A stretch of DNA of 64,000 nucleotides from Thermoplasmatota archaeon (GTDB lineage: Archaea > Thermoplasmatota > E2 > JACPAO01 > JAHFTW01): the NCBI GenBank assembly GCA_041601615.1, contig JBFIHX010000003.1:224001-288000 (forward strand). Direction: 5' to 3'. How positions within the stretch are numbered: position 1 is the stretch's first letter; the number at the start of each line of letters is the position of its first letter. A model generated the notes under the pieces. It saw only the letters and a list, made by a program, of their open reading frames with translations. It made no database searches and was not told where the DNA came from. Below, one piece after another: positions 39,725-48,551 of this stretch. The position numbers and the translations under genes are program-made.

Positions 39725-40336
39725 CTATTTTGCCTCCTTTCCCCGTTCGGCCTTGTCTAGTGTGGTCAACAAGGACAACGCTGGGTCGCGAAACCGCATT
39801 TGTCCGTGTAGTTGACGACTCGCTTCGAGGTAGGCACGCAGAAAATCGACGACATGCTTGAGGGGGATGAATCGGCATGGCTCCATGTGTTCGCCGGGCC
39901 TTGACCCGAACAGTAGGAGGCGCACGCGGGAATTGTCATGCAGTGTGGCGGTTCCCTCTTTTTGCAGCACGGTGACGAGGTGGGTTTGTTCGTCGCGGTT
40001 GCCGCAGCCAAAGCGCCGCAAGCATTCGTGTAGTACGCCTCGGTGGAGCAGAACGCGGTTGGGGTTGGCCATGCCTTCTTTGACTTCGGCGATGATGAAT
40101 TCGCGGCGCCGGTGGTCGAGGTCGAGGACGGGGTCCATGTCCAGTTTTTCGCCTTGCATGGGGTGGGGTCGGGGCAGCACGCGGCCGGCGCCGGGCAAGC
40201 GAATCGCGAGCAGGTCTACGTCGGTTGCTTCGCGGAATGTGCCGTCTTTGTTGCGGTGCAGAATGGGATATTCGGTGACGGTGAGGAATCCGTTGATGCG
40301 CAGGTATGCTTGGACGAAGGCGTCCGCGTAGTCCAT
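39725..40336 (-). CDS. Putative PD-(D/E)XK-fold nuclease-like protein
   Basis: YLRINGF, DVDLLAIR and IAEVKEG motifs. Confidence 0.6.
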   Translation of the reverse strand: MDYADAFVQAYLRINGFLTVTEYPILHRNKDGTFREATDVDLLAIRLPGAGRVLPRPHPMQGEKLDMDPVLDLDHRRREFIIAEVKEGMANPNRVLLHRGVLHECLRRFGCGNRDEQTHLVTVLQKEGTATLHDNSRVRLLLFGSRPGEHMEPCRFIPLKHVVDFLRAYLEASRQLHGQMRFRDPALSLLTTLDKAERGKEAK

Positions 40337-40611
40337 CGTTGGGTCTTGGCGTGGGGGGACTTGACGATGCGGGGTGTGACTGCGCGGTGTGGCGGGGACG
40401 CTTGGGGGCAAGGTTGCGTGGCGGCGAGACGGGGATGTGTCGCTGCGGCGCGGTTGGGCTGCGGGGTGCGTGTTCGCGGGGTGGGTAGCTCTGCGCGTGG
40501 GCGCAGGGCTGTGAGGGCAACCAAGCGGGCTTCGAGGGCCCTTTCCGCTGGATGCTCAGGGCACCGCCATGCACTAGGAGCAAGAAAGGGGAGTGTGCCT
40601 TTGGTGCACTT

Positions 40612-41007
40612 ATGTCGGGACCTATCCAACTCATACTCGATGCGCAGATTCGATCCGGTCAGGAGGCGACGTTTCAGCGGGTCTGTCGAGCGGTGCCTGA
40701 TTTGATTCAAAAAGCGGAGCCTCGCACCCTGGAATCTCGCTGGGTCGTTCAGGAGGGCGGTGATCGCGTGCTCTTGATGGATTTGTATGCGTCATCGTCG
40801 GCGTTGGTGCAGCATTTTCAGAACCTACAAACCAGCGGGCACCTGGATGCGATTCGTTCTTGCCTGAACCTGGTGGCGGTCCATTGTGTGGGGTCGCCGG
40901 ACGCCCGCGCTCGTTTGGTGCTGGGTGAACTGGGCACGCTCTACTACCATCCTGTCGGCGGGTTTGTGCGCGACGTGCGGCCGGTTCCGCTCATGGTTGC
41001 GCTTTGA
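40612..41007 (+). CDS. ABM / dimeric alpha-beta barrel family protein, paralog of 39259-39657
   Basis: EPRTLESRW...DLYASSSALVQH; alignable end to end with the first copy. Confidence 0.72.
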   Translation: MSGPIQLILDAQIRSGQEATFQRVCRAVPDLIQKAEPRTLESRWVVQEGGDRVLLMDLYASSSALVQHFQNLQTSGHLDAIRSCLNLVAVHCVGSPDARARLVLGELGTLYYHPVGGFVRDVRPVPLMVAL

Positions 41008-41050
41008 GTCGGACCGTCAAGACTGAGAGCAGGTCTCGCGTGGCGGTGTC

Positions 41051-42598
41051 GTGAGCGAACGATTGGTGGTTCTCGACGGCACGGATTTGGGCATCGAGGA
41101 CGTGGTTGCGGTCGCCCGGCAAAACGCTCCGGTCGAAGTCGCCGCGGCGTCCTGGGGGGCCATCCAGGCAAGCCGGGACATCGTAGATTCGCTCGTGGCC
41201 CGAGGGGAGGTGGCGTATGGCATCACGACGGGGTTCGGGGAGTTTGCGCACGTTTCTATCGACCGGGATCAGGTGCGGCAATTGCAGCGCAATTTGATCA
41301 TGAGCCACTCTGTGGGTGTCGGTGCGCCGTTGCCTCGGGATGTTGTTCGGGCGATGATGTTGATTCGCATCAATACGCTCGTGAAGGGTCTCAGTGGCGT
41401 GCGGCGGTTGCTGGTGGAGCGGCTCGTGGAGTTGTTGAATCGGGACTTGGTGCCGGTGGTCCCGAGCCGAGGCAGTGTCGGTGCGAGCGGAGATTTGGCC
41501 CCACTTGCCCACATGGCGCTGCCTTTGCTCGGATTGGGACATTTGGATGATGGTGGCGACGGGGGCGCTCGTCCTGCCGCTGCGGTGCTTTCCGAACACG
41601 GCTTGGAGCCCTTGGAGTTGGAGGCGAAGGAGGGTCTTGCGCTCATCAACGGTACGCAACTGATGTCGGCGGTTGGGTGTCTTGTGGTGGCCGATGCTTC
41701 GAACTTGCTATTGGATGCTCAGATCGTCGCTGGCATGAGCCTCGAAGCCTTGATGGGCAGCATTCGTCCGTTTGATGCACGTGTCCATGCGGCGAGGCCC
41801 CACCCGGGGCAAGCGATTGTTGCGTCCAATATGCGAGCCCTCACCGCGGGCAGCGGCATCGTGGAGAGCCACGTCGGGTGCAGCCGTGTGCAGGATGCCT
41901 ACAGTCTGCGTTGCATGCCCCAAGTACTGGGTGCGTGCCGGGACCGCATCGAGGAGGCGCGGCGCGTGATGGAAGTCGAGATCAACAGCGCCACGGACAA
42001 TCCTTTGGTGTTTCCGGATGGCGACATTGTCAGTCAGGGCAATTTCCATGGCGAGCCATTGGCGTTCATGCTGGATGGGTTGGCCATTGCGATTGCTGAG
42101 ATGGCCAGCATCAGCGAGCGGCGCGTGGAGCGCCTTGTCAATCCGGATCTTAGCGAGGGCCTGAAGCCGTTTCTTGTGGACGCGGGCGGGCTCAATTCGG
42201 GCTTCATGATTGCTCAGTATGTGGCGGCTGCCTTGGTGAGTGAAAATAAGGTCTACGCGCACCCGGCGAGCGTGGACAGCATTCCTACGAGTGCCAATCA
42301 AGAAGATCATGTGAGCATGGGAAGCATCTCGGCACTGAAAGTGGGCCAGGTGCTGGAAAATGCGCGTCATGTGGTCGCCATTGAGGCGTTGTGCGCGGCG
42401 CAGGCGCTGGATTTCAAGGCGGACGAGGGACTTGTTGCGGGGGTGGGTGGCCAAGCGGCTCGCGCCAGGGTTCGATTGGATGTTGCAAGGCTTACGGGGG
42501 ATCGCATCCTGCACGACGATGTGGCGGCACTCACGGCCTTGTTGCAGGCAGGAGCATTGCGCAAGGCCGTCCAGGATGCGGGTGTGCAGCTTGCTTGA
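41051..42598 (+). CDS. hutH: Histidine ammonia-lyase
   Basis: YGITTGFG, GASGDLAPLAH (MIO), QDAYSLRC and NQEDHVSM motifs. Confidence 0.97.
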   Translation: MSERLVVLDGTDLGIEDVVAVARQNAPVEVAAASWGAIQASRDIVDSLVARGEVAYGITTGFGEFAHVSIDRDQVRQLQRNLIMSHSVGVGAPLPRDVVRAMMLIRINTLVKGLSGVRRLLVERLVELLNRDLVPVVPSRGSVGASGDLAPLAHMALPLLGLGHLDDGGDGGARPAAAVLSEHGLEPLELEAKEGLALINGTQLMSAVGCLVVADASNLLLDAQIVAGMSLEALMGSIRPFDARVHAARPHPGQAIVASNMRALTAGSGIVESHVGCSRVQDAYSLRCMPQVLGACRDRIEEARRVMEVEINSATDNPLVFPDGDIVSQGNFHGEPLAFMLDGLAIAIAEMASISERRVERLVNPDLSEGLKPFLVDAGGLNSGFMIAQYVAAALVSENKVYAHPASVDSIPTSANQEDHVSMGSISALKVGQVLENARHVVAIEALCAAQALDFKADEGLVAGVGGQAARARVRLDVARLTGDRILHDDVAALTALLQAGALRKAVQDAGVQLA

Positions 42599-42847
42599 TT
42601 AGTGGATGGGCAAGCAAGTTTGGCCGTTGATGGAGGTGCAGATCCAGAGGCCGCTGACGCCGTAGCATATGGAGGCGCCTTGGAGCCCGACGCCGACACT
42701 GACGCAGTGGTTCAGGGAGGGGTGGAACAGGTTCTGGCACACTTGGACTTCGCCGGGTTTGCCGATGCAGTCACCGAGGGCGGTGGCGCTGGGGGCAAAC
42801 AGGACGGAGGCCAGGAGCAGGCTTGCAGCAACGAGTAATACGCGCAT
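42599..42847 (-). CDS. Small secreted six-Cys peptide A
   Basis: Signal peptide ending FAPSATA; C-x9-C-x10-C-x12-C-x8-C-x7-C. Confidence 0.75.
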   Translation of the reverse strand: MRVLLVAASLLLASVLFAPSATALGDCIGKPGEVQVCQNLFHPSLNHCVSVGVGLQGASICYGVSGLWICTSINGQTCLPIH

Positions 42848-42866
42848 GCAGGAAGAAGAACCTGGA

Positions 42867-42904
42867 GGTACATGGATTGTTGGTGGCGGTTCTCTTTCGT
42901 CCAT
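42867..42904 (-). promoter_or_regulatory. Conserved upstream element, copy 2 (peptide A gene)
   Basis: 29/38 identical to 28117-28154. Confidence 0.6.
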
Positions 42905-43071
42905 CCGCGCTTCTAGGTTCGGCGACGCAGGCTCCTGTGTGCCGTATCTTGATCGACGGGGGGTCGAGTGCGGTGGCGGGGAGGCGGGGGGTGGCTGCCA
43001 GGGGGGTGAGGAAGGTGGGGGAGGGTGCCGGCGTCGTCGTGGACGCGGGCGTTTCGGTCCGTTGGTCGCAC

Positions 43072-43356
43072 CTACAGGTCGGGGTAACAGCCGGGTTGCA
43101 GGAGGATGCCACTGCTGTTGCACAGGTACACGTCGTTGTTGCTGTCGTTGACGTAGACGCAGAGGAACGGCACGAGGTTGGGCATGGTGCCGGTGTAGAT
43201 CTGGACGCAGCGGTAGTCTGTGTCGCCGCTGGAGCCGCCGGTCGAACAGACGTTGGGGTTGCTTCCCTGGTCAAGCACGCAGGGTCGAGCGGTTGCCTCG
43301 GGGGCAAACGCCAGGGCGGTCATGAGCAGGCAGAGGGTAACGAGGATAGCTCGCAT
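43072..43356 (-). CDS. Small secreted six-Cys peptide B
   Basis: Signal peptide ending FAPEATA; C-x10-C-x12-C-x15-C-x12-C-x10-C. Confidence 0.75.
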   Translation of the reverse strand: MRAILVTLCLLMTALAFAPEATARPCVLDQGSNPNVCSTGGSSGDTDYRCVQIYTGTMPNLVPFLCVYVNDSNNDVYLCNSSGILLQPGCYPDL

Positions 43357-43425
43357 GGGGGATTGATTGGCATCATTGGTTTAATTCCTACTGGGAATTT
43401 ACCTGATGGTGCGAGCCAATCGATG

Positions 43426-44655
43426 TCAAATCATTTCATGGACTCGACCATGGCTCAAAATTGCCTGCGCCGTTTGTCTTCCTGGTTCGTAGACCCAGTG
43501 GTCGAGGTCGGCTATGTTGTGCACCAACAAGTCTGCGCGTTTGCCTACTTCGATGCTGCCGACTTCGTGTTCCATTCCGAGAGTGCATGCGGCGTTCCAG
43601 GTGGCTGCTGTGAGTGCCTGGGCGGGCGACAATCCAAGCAGGAAGCATCCAAGTTGGGCCACGAGGGTCATGTTTGTTACGGGGTTGTTCGGGTTGTGGT
43701 CGGTGGCGAGGGCTACGGGTACGCCTGCGTCCAAAAATCGCTTGCCGGGCGCCCATTCGGGGCGCATGAGGGTGAGGGGGACGGTGGGGAGCAGGGTTGC
43801 GATGGTGCCGGCTTCTGCCATGGCTTCGATGCCTTCGTCGCTGACGCGGAGGAGGTGGTCGGCGCTGACGCATCCGGCGCGGGCGGCGAGTTGGGCGCCT
43901 CCGGTGTTGACGATTTCGTCGGCGTGCAGGCGCAGTCCAAGGCCGTGGCGCTTTGCGGCGGAGAAAATGGCGTCGCCTTGTTCGATGGTGAACACGTTTT
44001 CTTCCACAAAAACGTCGCAGTAGCGGGCGATTCCTTGGGCCGCCACTTGGGGCAGCATTTCGTCGATGACGAGGTCGGCGAATGCGGCAGCGTCGGTGCC
44101 GGAGGGGACGGCGTGGGCGCCGAGGAAGGTGCTGATAATGGGGACTCCGGCGGACGCTGCGAGTGCTTGGTTGGCTTCCAGCAGGCGCAGTTCCGACTCG
44201 GTGGTGAGTCCGTAGCCGCTCTTGGCCTCTAGGGTCGTCGTGCCGTTCTGGATCATTCGATCGAGTCGGGGTCGCGCTTCACGCACCAGTTGTTCGAGTG
44301 ATGCTTTGCGGGTGCGTTCGACAGTGTAGTTGATGCCGCCGCCGGCTGCCAGAATTTCGAGGTAGCTTTTGCCTTGGAGCTTCAGCGACAATTCGAAGGC
44401 GCGATCGCCTGCGTAGACGAGGTGGTTGTGGGGGTCGACGTAGCCGGGGGTTACGAGTTGGCCTGTGGCATCGATGGTTCGAGCGGCTTGGCCGTCCCAT
44501 TCGCCGTGGGGCCCGACCCAAGTGATGCGGCCGGCCTGGATTGCTACGCCCCATTGTTCGCGCAGGGCTACGTCCGATGCGGCGGTGGCGTCGCGTGCGC
44601 CCGCTGTCCCCTGCATCGTTGCGAGATTGCCATGGAGGTACAGGTCGGCGTCCAC
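43426..44655 (-). CDS. hutI: Imidazolonepropionase
   Basis: PGYVDPHNH, GGGINYTV, EAKSGYGL, LHADEI and ATDHNP motifs. Confidence 0.95.
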   Translation of the reverse strand: MDADLYLHGNLATMQGTAGARDATAASDVALREQWGVAIQAGRITWVGPHGEWDGQAARTIDATGQLVTPGYVDPHNHLVYAGDRAFELSLKLQGKSYLEILAAGGGINYTVERTRKASLEQLVREARPRLDRMIQNGTTTLEAKSGYGLTTESELRLLEANQALAASAGVPIISTFLGAHAVPSGTDAAAFADLVIDEMLPQVAAQGIARYCDVFVEENVFTIEQGDAIFSAAKRHGLGLRLHADEIVNTGGAQLAARAGCVSADHLLRVSDEGIEAMAEAGTIATLLPTVPLTLMRPEWAPGKRFLDAGVPVALATDHNPNNPVTNMTLVAQLGCFLLGLSPAQALTAATWNAACTLGMEHEVGSIEVGKRADLLVHNIADLDHWVYEPGRQTAQAILSHGRVHEMI

Positions 44656-44730
44656 GCGCGGCGCAGCCGTGGCAAGGGCTTCAAGCCCCCGGTCGGTCCT
44701 CGGTTCGTGTTCCAGGCTAGTCCTGCTCTT

Positions 44731-45663
44731 GTGCCGACGCGCCGAGAGGCTCCTGAAGATCCTCGGTTTTTGGAATTGTTTGGCGCCGACGCTGGCGAAG
44801 CGGATGTGTTGATGGCAGGCGTGCCGTACGATGTGAGTGTCCTCGGCCGGAAGGGCGCAAAGTTCGGGCCCACGGGCATCCGGGAGGCGATGCGGTTTTT
44901 GTCCAATTTTGACGCGGACACGGGACGCAATGTGGCAAGCGTTCGGCTGCATGATGCCGGGGATGTGGCCGCGCTCGACGGGCATGGCGCCGATGTGCTT
45001 GCGGCGCACGAATCGGTGCGCGCTGCCGCCCGCGACCTCCTGCAACACGCAAAGCCCGTGGTGTTGCTTGGTGGCGATCATGGACTCACGTTTCCCCATG
45101 TCCAGGCGCTTGCGGACACCGTTTCTGGCCGCATCGGCATCATTGTTGTGGATGCGCATTATGACTTGCGAAGCTACCAGGGTCAGCCCAGCAGCGGCAC
45201 GCCGTTTCGCCGCATCCTGGAGGAGTTGGATGGTCGCGTTCGTGGTGATAACCTGGTAGAGATCGGCATCCGGCCCTTTGCCAACACCTTCCAATTGGCC
45301 GAGTACGCGGCGGGCGCGGGCCTTACGATTGTGACGGCCGAAGAAGTGCGGGCGCGGGGCATGGAAGCGGTGGCTCGGGAAGCGATTCGGATCGCGGCGG
45401 AAGGTGTGGACCACTTGTGGCTCAGCATCGACATCGACGGCCTTGACCAGAGCATTGCTAGTGGCTGCAGTGCTCCCGGCGCGGGCGGCTTGACGTACTC
45501 CGAAGTGGACGCGCTTGTGCGGGCGGTCGCGGCGCATCCGAGGTGCCGGGGGATGGACGTATTGGAGGTCGCACCCGGCCTGGACCCTACCGGCAACACC
45601 TGTCGGACGGCGGCGCAGCTTGTGGCGGCGTTTGTGGGTTCCGTGACGGCCCGCAATCGGTAG
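44731..45663 (+). CDS. hutG: Formimidoylglutamase (arginase family)
   Basis: GGDHG, DAHYD, SSGTPF and SIDIDGLD motifs; divergent from hutI. Confidence 0.85.
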   Translation: MPTRREAPEDPRFLELFGADAGEADVLMAGVPYDVSVLGRKGAKFGPTGIREAMRFLSNFDADTGRNVASVRLHDAGDVAALDGHGADVLAAHESVRAAARDLLQHAKPVVLLGGDHGLTFPHVQALADTVSGRIGIIVVDAHYDLRSYQGQPSSGTPFRRILEELDGRVRGDNLVEIGIRPFANTFQLAEYAAGAGLTIVTAEEVRARGMEAVAREAIRIAAEGVDHLWLSIDIDGLDQSIASGCSAPGAGGLTYSEVDALVRAVAAHPRCRGMDVLEVAPGLDPTGNTCRTAAQLVAAFVGSVTARNR

Positions 45664-45737
45664 GAGCGGCACGAGGCCCCGTAGCTCGCTGGGATTTCCA
45701 GGCAATCGTTTCGCCGTGGTAGGCTTTGCTGGGTTCC

Positions 45738-46016
45738 ATGGCGTTGCAACTGCTGCACCCCGACGATGCGCGAAGCGAACTTGAGCACAAGACGCTCCTT
45801 GAGATCGAGCGCGAGACTGCCGAGACGTGGGGGGCTCGGGCGGCGGCGGCATTCGAGTTTGCGGCCAAGGCGACCGGCGAGAAGCGGGCGCATTGGCTTG
45901 CGGATGCGGAAAACTACCGCCAGGAAAGCCTGGAGCATGCTGCGATGACGGGCGACATTCGGTTCATTGAGCAAATTCTCAACGACTTGGAATCGGCCAA
46001 GCGCGCAGTTGCCTAG
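45738..46016 (+). CDS. Small helical hypothetical protein
   Basis: IERETAETWGARA...AENYRQESLEHAA; protein-like composition. Confidence 0.65.
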   Translation: MALQLLHPDDARSELEHKTLLEIERETAETWGARAAAAFEFAAKATGEKRAHWLADAENYRQESLEHAAMTGDIRFIEQILNDLESAKRAVA

Positions 46017-46023
46017 CTCGGGT

Positions 46024-47013
46024 TTACTGCGCCCGTTCCATCAACAATTCGGCGAGGGCCGCTAGCGCCTGTTGTGCTGGGCCTTCGGGCAATTGTTCGA
46101 GTCGCATGAGGGCTTGTTGGGTGTAGGCGCCGGCTTCCAGTTGGCTTGCTGCTACGGCGCCGGATTCCAGGAGGTCTTTGCGGACGTTTGGAAACTCCTT
46201 GGCATTGCGCTCGGGCGCGGGGGGGAGGTGTCCGCCGCGTTCTTCGTAGTGCAAGTAGGGGCTGCTGCGGGTGCCTGCGGCGTAGTCGGTGCCGGCGGGC
46301 TTTCCGGTCCATTGCGGGTCGCCGGTCACGTCCAGAACATCGTCGAGGACCTGGAACGCCTGGCCCACGGCTTCGCCGTACTCAAACAGCGCCTGCACGC
46401 GGTCGGGGCTGGCGCCTGCGAGGCTTGCGCCGATTGCGGTGCTTGCTGAGAGTAGGCAGGCGGTTTTGTCGCGGATGACGCTGGCGTATTCTTCCCGTGT
46501 AACGTCCGAGCGGCCGTGCAGTCTTTGTTCCCGAAGCTGGCCTTCGCAGAGGCGTCGGCAGGCGTCGGCGGTCAGGTCCATGGCGGCCTTCGGGAGTCGT
46601 GCGGCGAGTGCGAAGGCTTGCGTGAATAGGTAGTCGCCCACGAGGAGGGCGGCGTCGCGGCCGTGTGCGTGGTAGGTGCTGGGTTTGCCGCGTCGTTCTT
46701 TGGCTTCATCCATAATGTCGTCGTGAACCAAGCTTGCGGTGTGTACGAGTTCGATGGCGACGGCGGCGTCGACGGCCTCGTCAAGCTTTGCAGGATCGGG
46801 CGTGGCGGTTCCGTAGCAGGCTTGGAATGCGGTGAGCAAGAGGAGGGGGCGGATGCGTTTTCCGCCGGCGCCCAGAGGTTCCAGGCTCCACGATTCCAAG
46901 TCGGGGTCGCGGCTTTTTCCTTGTTTTTGGAGTCGGTATTCTACGTCGTCGAGCAGGTCCACCAAGTCGGGTGGGAAGACGGCGGTGATCGGGTGGGCTT
47001 TGGCGGGGATCAA
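46024..47013 (-). CDS. Polyprenyl diphosphate synthase
   Basis: GGKRIRP, LVHDDIMD...RRG and FQVLDDVLD motifs. Confidence 0.95.
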   Translation of the reverse strand: MIPAKAHPITAVFPPDLVDLLDDVEYRLQKQGKSRDPDLESWSLEPLGAGGKRIRPLLLLTAFQACYGTATPDPAKLDEAVDAAVAIELVHTASLVHDDIMDEAKERRGKPSTYHAHGRDAALLVGDYLFTQAFALAARLPKAAMDLTADACRRLCEGQLREQRLHGRSDVTREEYASVIRDKTACLLSASTAIGASLAGASPDRVQALFEYGEAVGQAFQVLDDVLDVTGDPQWTGKPAGTDYAAGTRSSPYLHYEERGGHLPPAPERNAKEFPNVRKDLLESGAVAASQLEAGAYTQQALMRLEQLPEGPAQQALAALAELLMERAQ

Positions 47014-48314
47014 GGAAACACTCCGTGGGCAAGTACGAGGAGGATGGCGGCGGTGGCGTACACGATGACTGTGGCGAGGCGGGCGGGGGCGAGTCCGCGT
47101 GGATCACCAAGGGTTGTGGCAACACGGCGCACGACGATGATGGCGGGGGCAAAGAGGATGGCTGCGGCAATCCCGAGGGCGGGGGCCAGCAACCAGAGCC
47201 CAGTGGTCGTTGCGGCGACTCCGGCAAGCATCAGCACTGCAAACAAAGTGACGTTGCGTGCGGGAGGCAGGCGGACCACGAGTGTGCGGTGGCCGGAGGC
47301 TTCGTCCAAGGGCCGATCGGCTAGGTCGTCTACGACCACGATGGCGGCGGCCAAGAGCGTGGTGGGAAGGGTGCCTAGGGCGAGCGTGGAAGGATGGGGG
47401 ATGGCGGTGCCTAGGGCTGCGAGGGTTCCCCAGACAATGATGGGTCCGTGGGTGGCTGCTGCGGTCAGGGGTCCGAGCCCAGTGTCGCGTAGGCGTCCGT
47501 AGGTCCAGGCAATGAGCACTCCGACGGCGGCAAACGCGAGGACGGCCCAGCGGTCGAGCCACAAGAATCGTGCCATGGCTGCGGTGGCGACTCCGAGCCC
47601 TGCGCCGAATTGGCTCCACAACATCCAGCGAGGAAGGCCTGGCGCTGCTGTGGGGCTGGTGACGGTGGGGCGGCGAAGGTCGTGCACGGCGTTGGCTCCA
47701 GCTTGGGCTGCCAGTGTGCCGAGTACGACGGTTACGGCGTCGAGCCAATACACGCCGCCCGGAATTGCCAACGCGACGCCCACGAGGGCTGCAAGTGTTG
47801 CCGTCAGCAGCAATGGGACTCGGAGACGGGCGATGCTTTCCACCACAACCGCCAGGCGATCGGAGGCGGCGATGTGCCATTGCACCCGAAATGCGCCGGC
47901 TCCCTCGGCTTCGGCCGAAGCGTGTGCTCCGCTGGTGGCCACGAAGGATTCGATGAGGCCGGCCTCATATTCGGAAGGCAGGTCGCCGGGCGTGATGACG
48001 CGCACATGTTCGGTGCCCTCCGTGCGTGCTGCGAGTCGGGTGCCGCGCAAGAACGGATGAACTTCGTCCACGAATAGGCCGAGGGCGCGGCGTGGGCGGC
48101 CGCGTAGGTGTCGCACGAGCGTTTTGAATGTGCGGCGCCACAGCGCGGTGTAGGCGTGCGCCGCGTCGCGCATTTGCTCGGGGGAAAGTTGGCCAAGCAC
48201 CGAGGCAAACGCGGCGGCGTCCACGAGGTCGTTCGGGTCGGACGCGGGACAGAGCGGCAAGTGGGCGTGGGTGGCCTGCAAGTGCTGCCACAGGATGGCC
48301 CGAACCCTGCCCAT
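47010..48314 (-). CDS. UbiA/MenA-like prenyltransferase with an extra N-terminal soluble domain
   Basis: C-terminal multi-TM domain with ANAVHD and DDLADRPLDEASGHRTL; about 145-aa soluble N-terminus. Confidence 0.8.
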   Translation of the reverse strand: MGRVRAILWQHLQATHAHLPLCPASDPNDLVDAAAFASVLGQLSPEQMRDAAHAYTALWRRTFKTLVRHLRGRPRRALGLFVDEVHPFLRGTRLAARTEGTEHVRVITPGDLPSEYEAGLIESFVATSGAHASAEAEGAGAFRVQWHIAASDRLAVVVESIARLRVPLLLTATLAALVGVALAIPGGVYWLDAVTVVLGTLAAQAGANAVHDLRRPTVTSPTAAPGLPRWMLWSQFGAGLGVATAAMARFLWLDRWAVLAFAAVGVLIAWTYGRLRDTGLGPLTAAATHGPIIVWGTLAALGTAIPHPSTLALGTLPTTLLAAAIVVVDDLADRPLDEASGHRTLVVRLPPARNVTLFAVLMLAGVAATTTGLWLLAPALGIAAAILFAPAIIVVRRVATTLGDPRGLAPARLATVIVYATAAILLVLAHGVFP

Positions 48315-48551
48315 GCGCGCGCCACGGGCAGGGCCTTCATGAAGCAATCCCGGGTCGGCTCAGGCGGGCTCCAGGCCGTCCACTGGCGGGATTAGGCGCG
48401 GATTTGTTCCGCGTGCGCCGCTCAAGACCACCCCAAAGCTCAAGTACGAGCGCCGTTGCACAACTAACCAACACCGGAGCGAATTCGAGCCACCCGGCTC
48501 GCGTCGCCCGGTCCAGAAAGCCCCCTCGTGGGGCTCTATGGAGGTCAGAAT

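Noticed and set aside
43426-45852. 808-aa ORF suggesting a HutI fusion
   Set aside because: The N-terminal half is the antisense of hutG; HutI similarity starts near 44655
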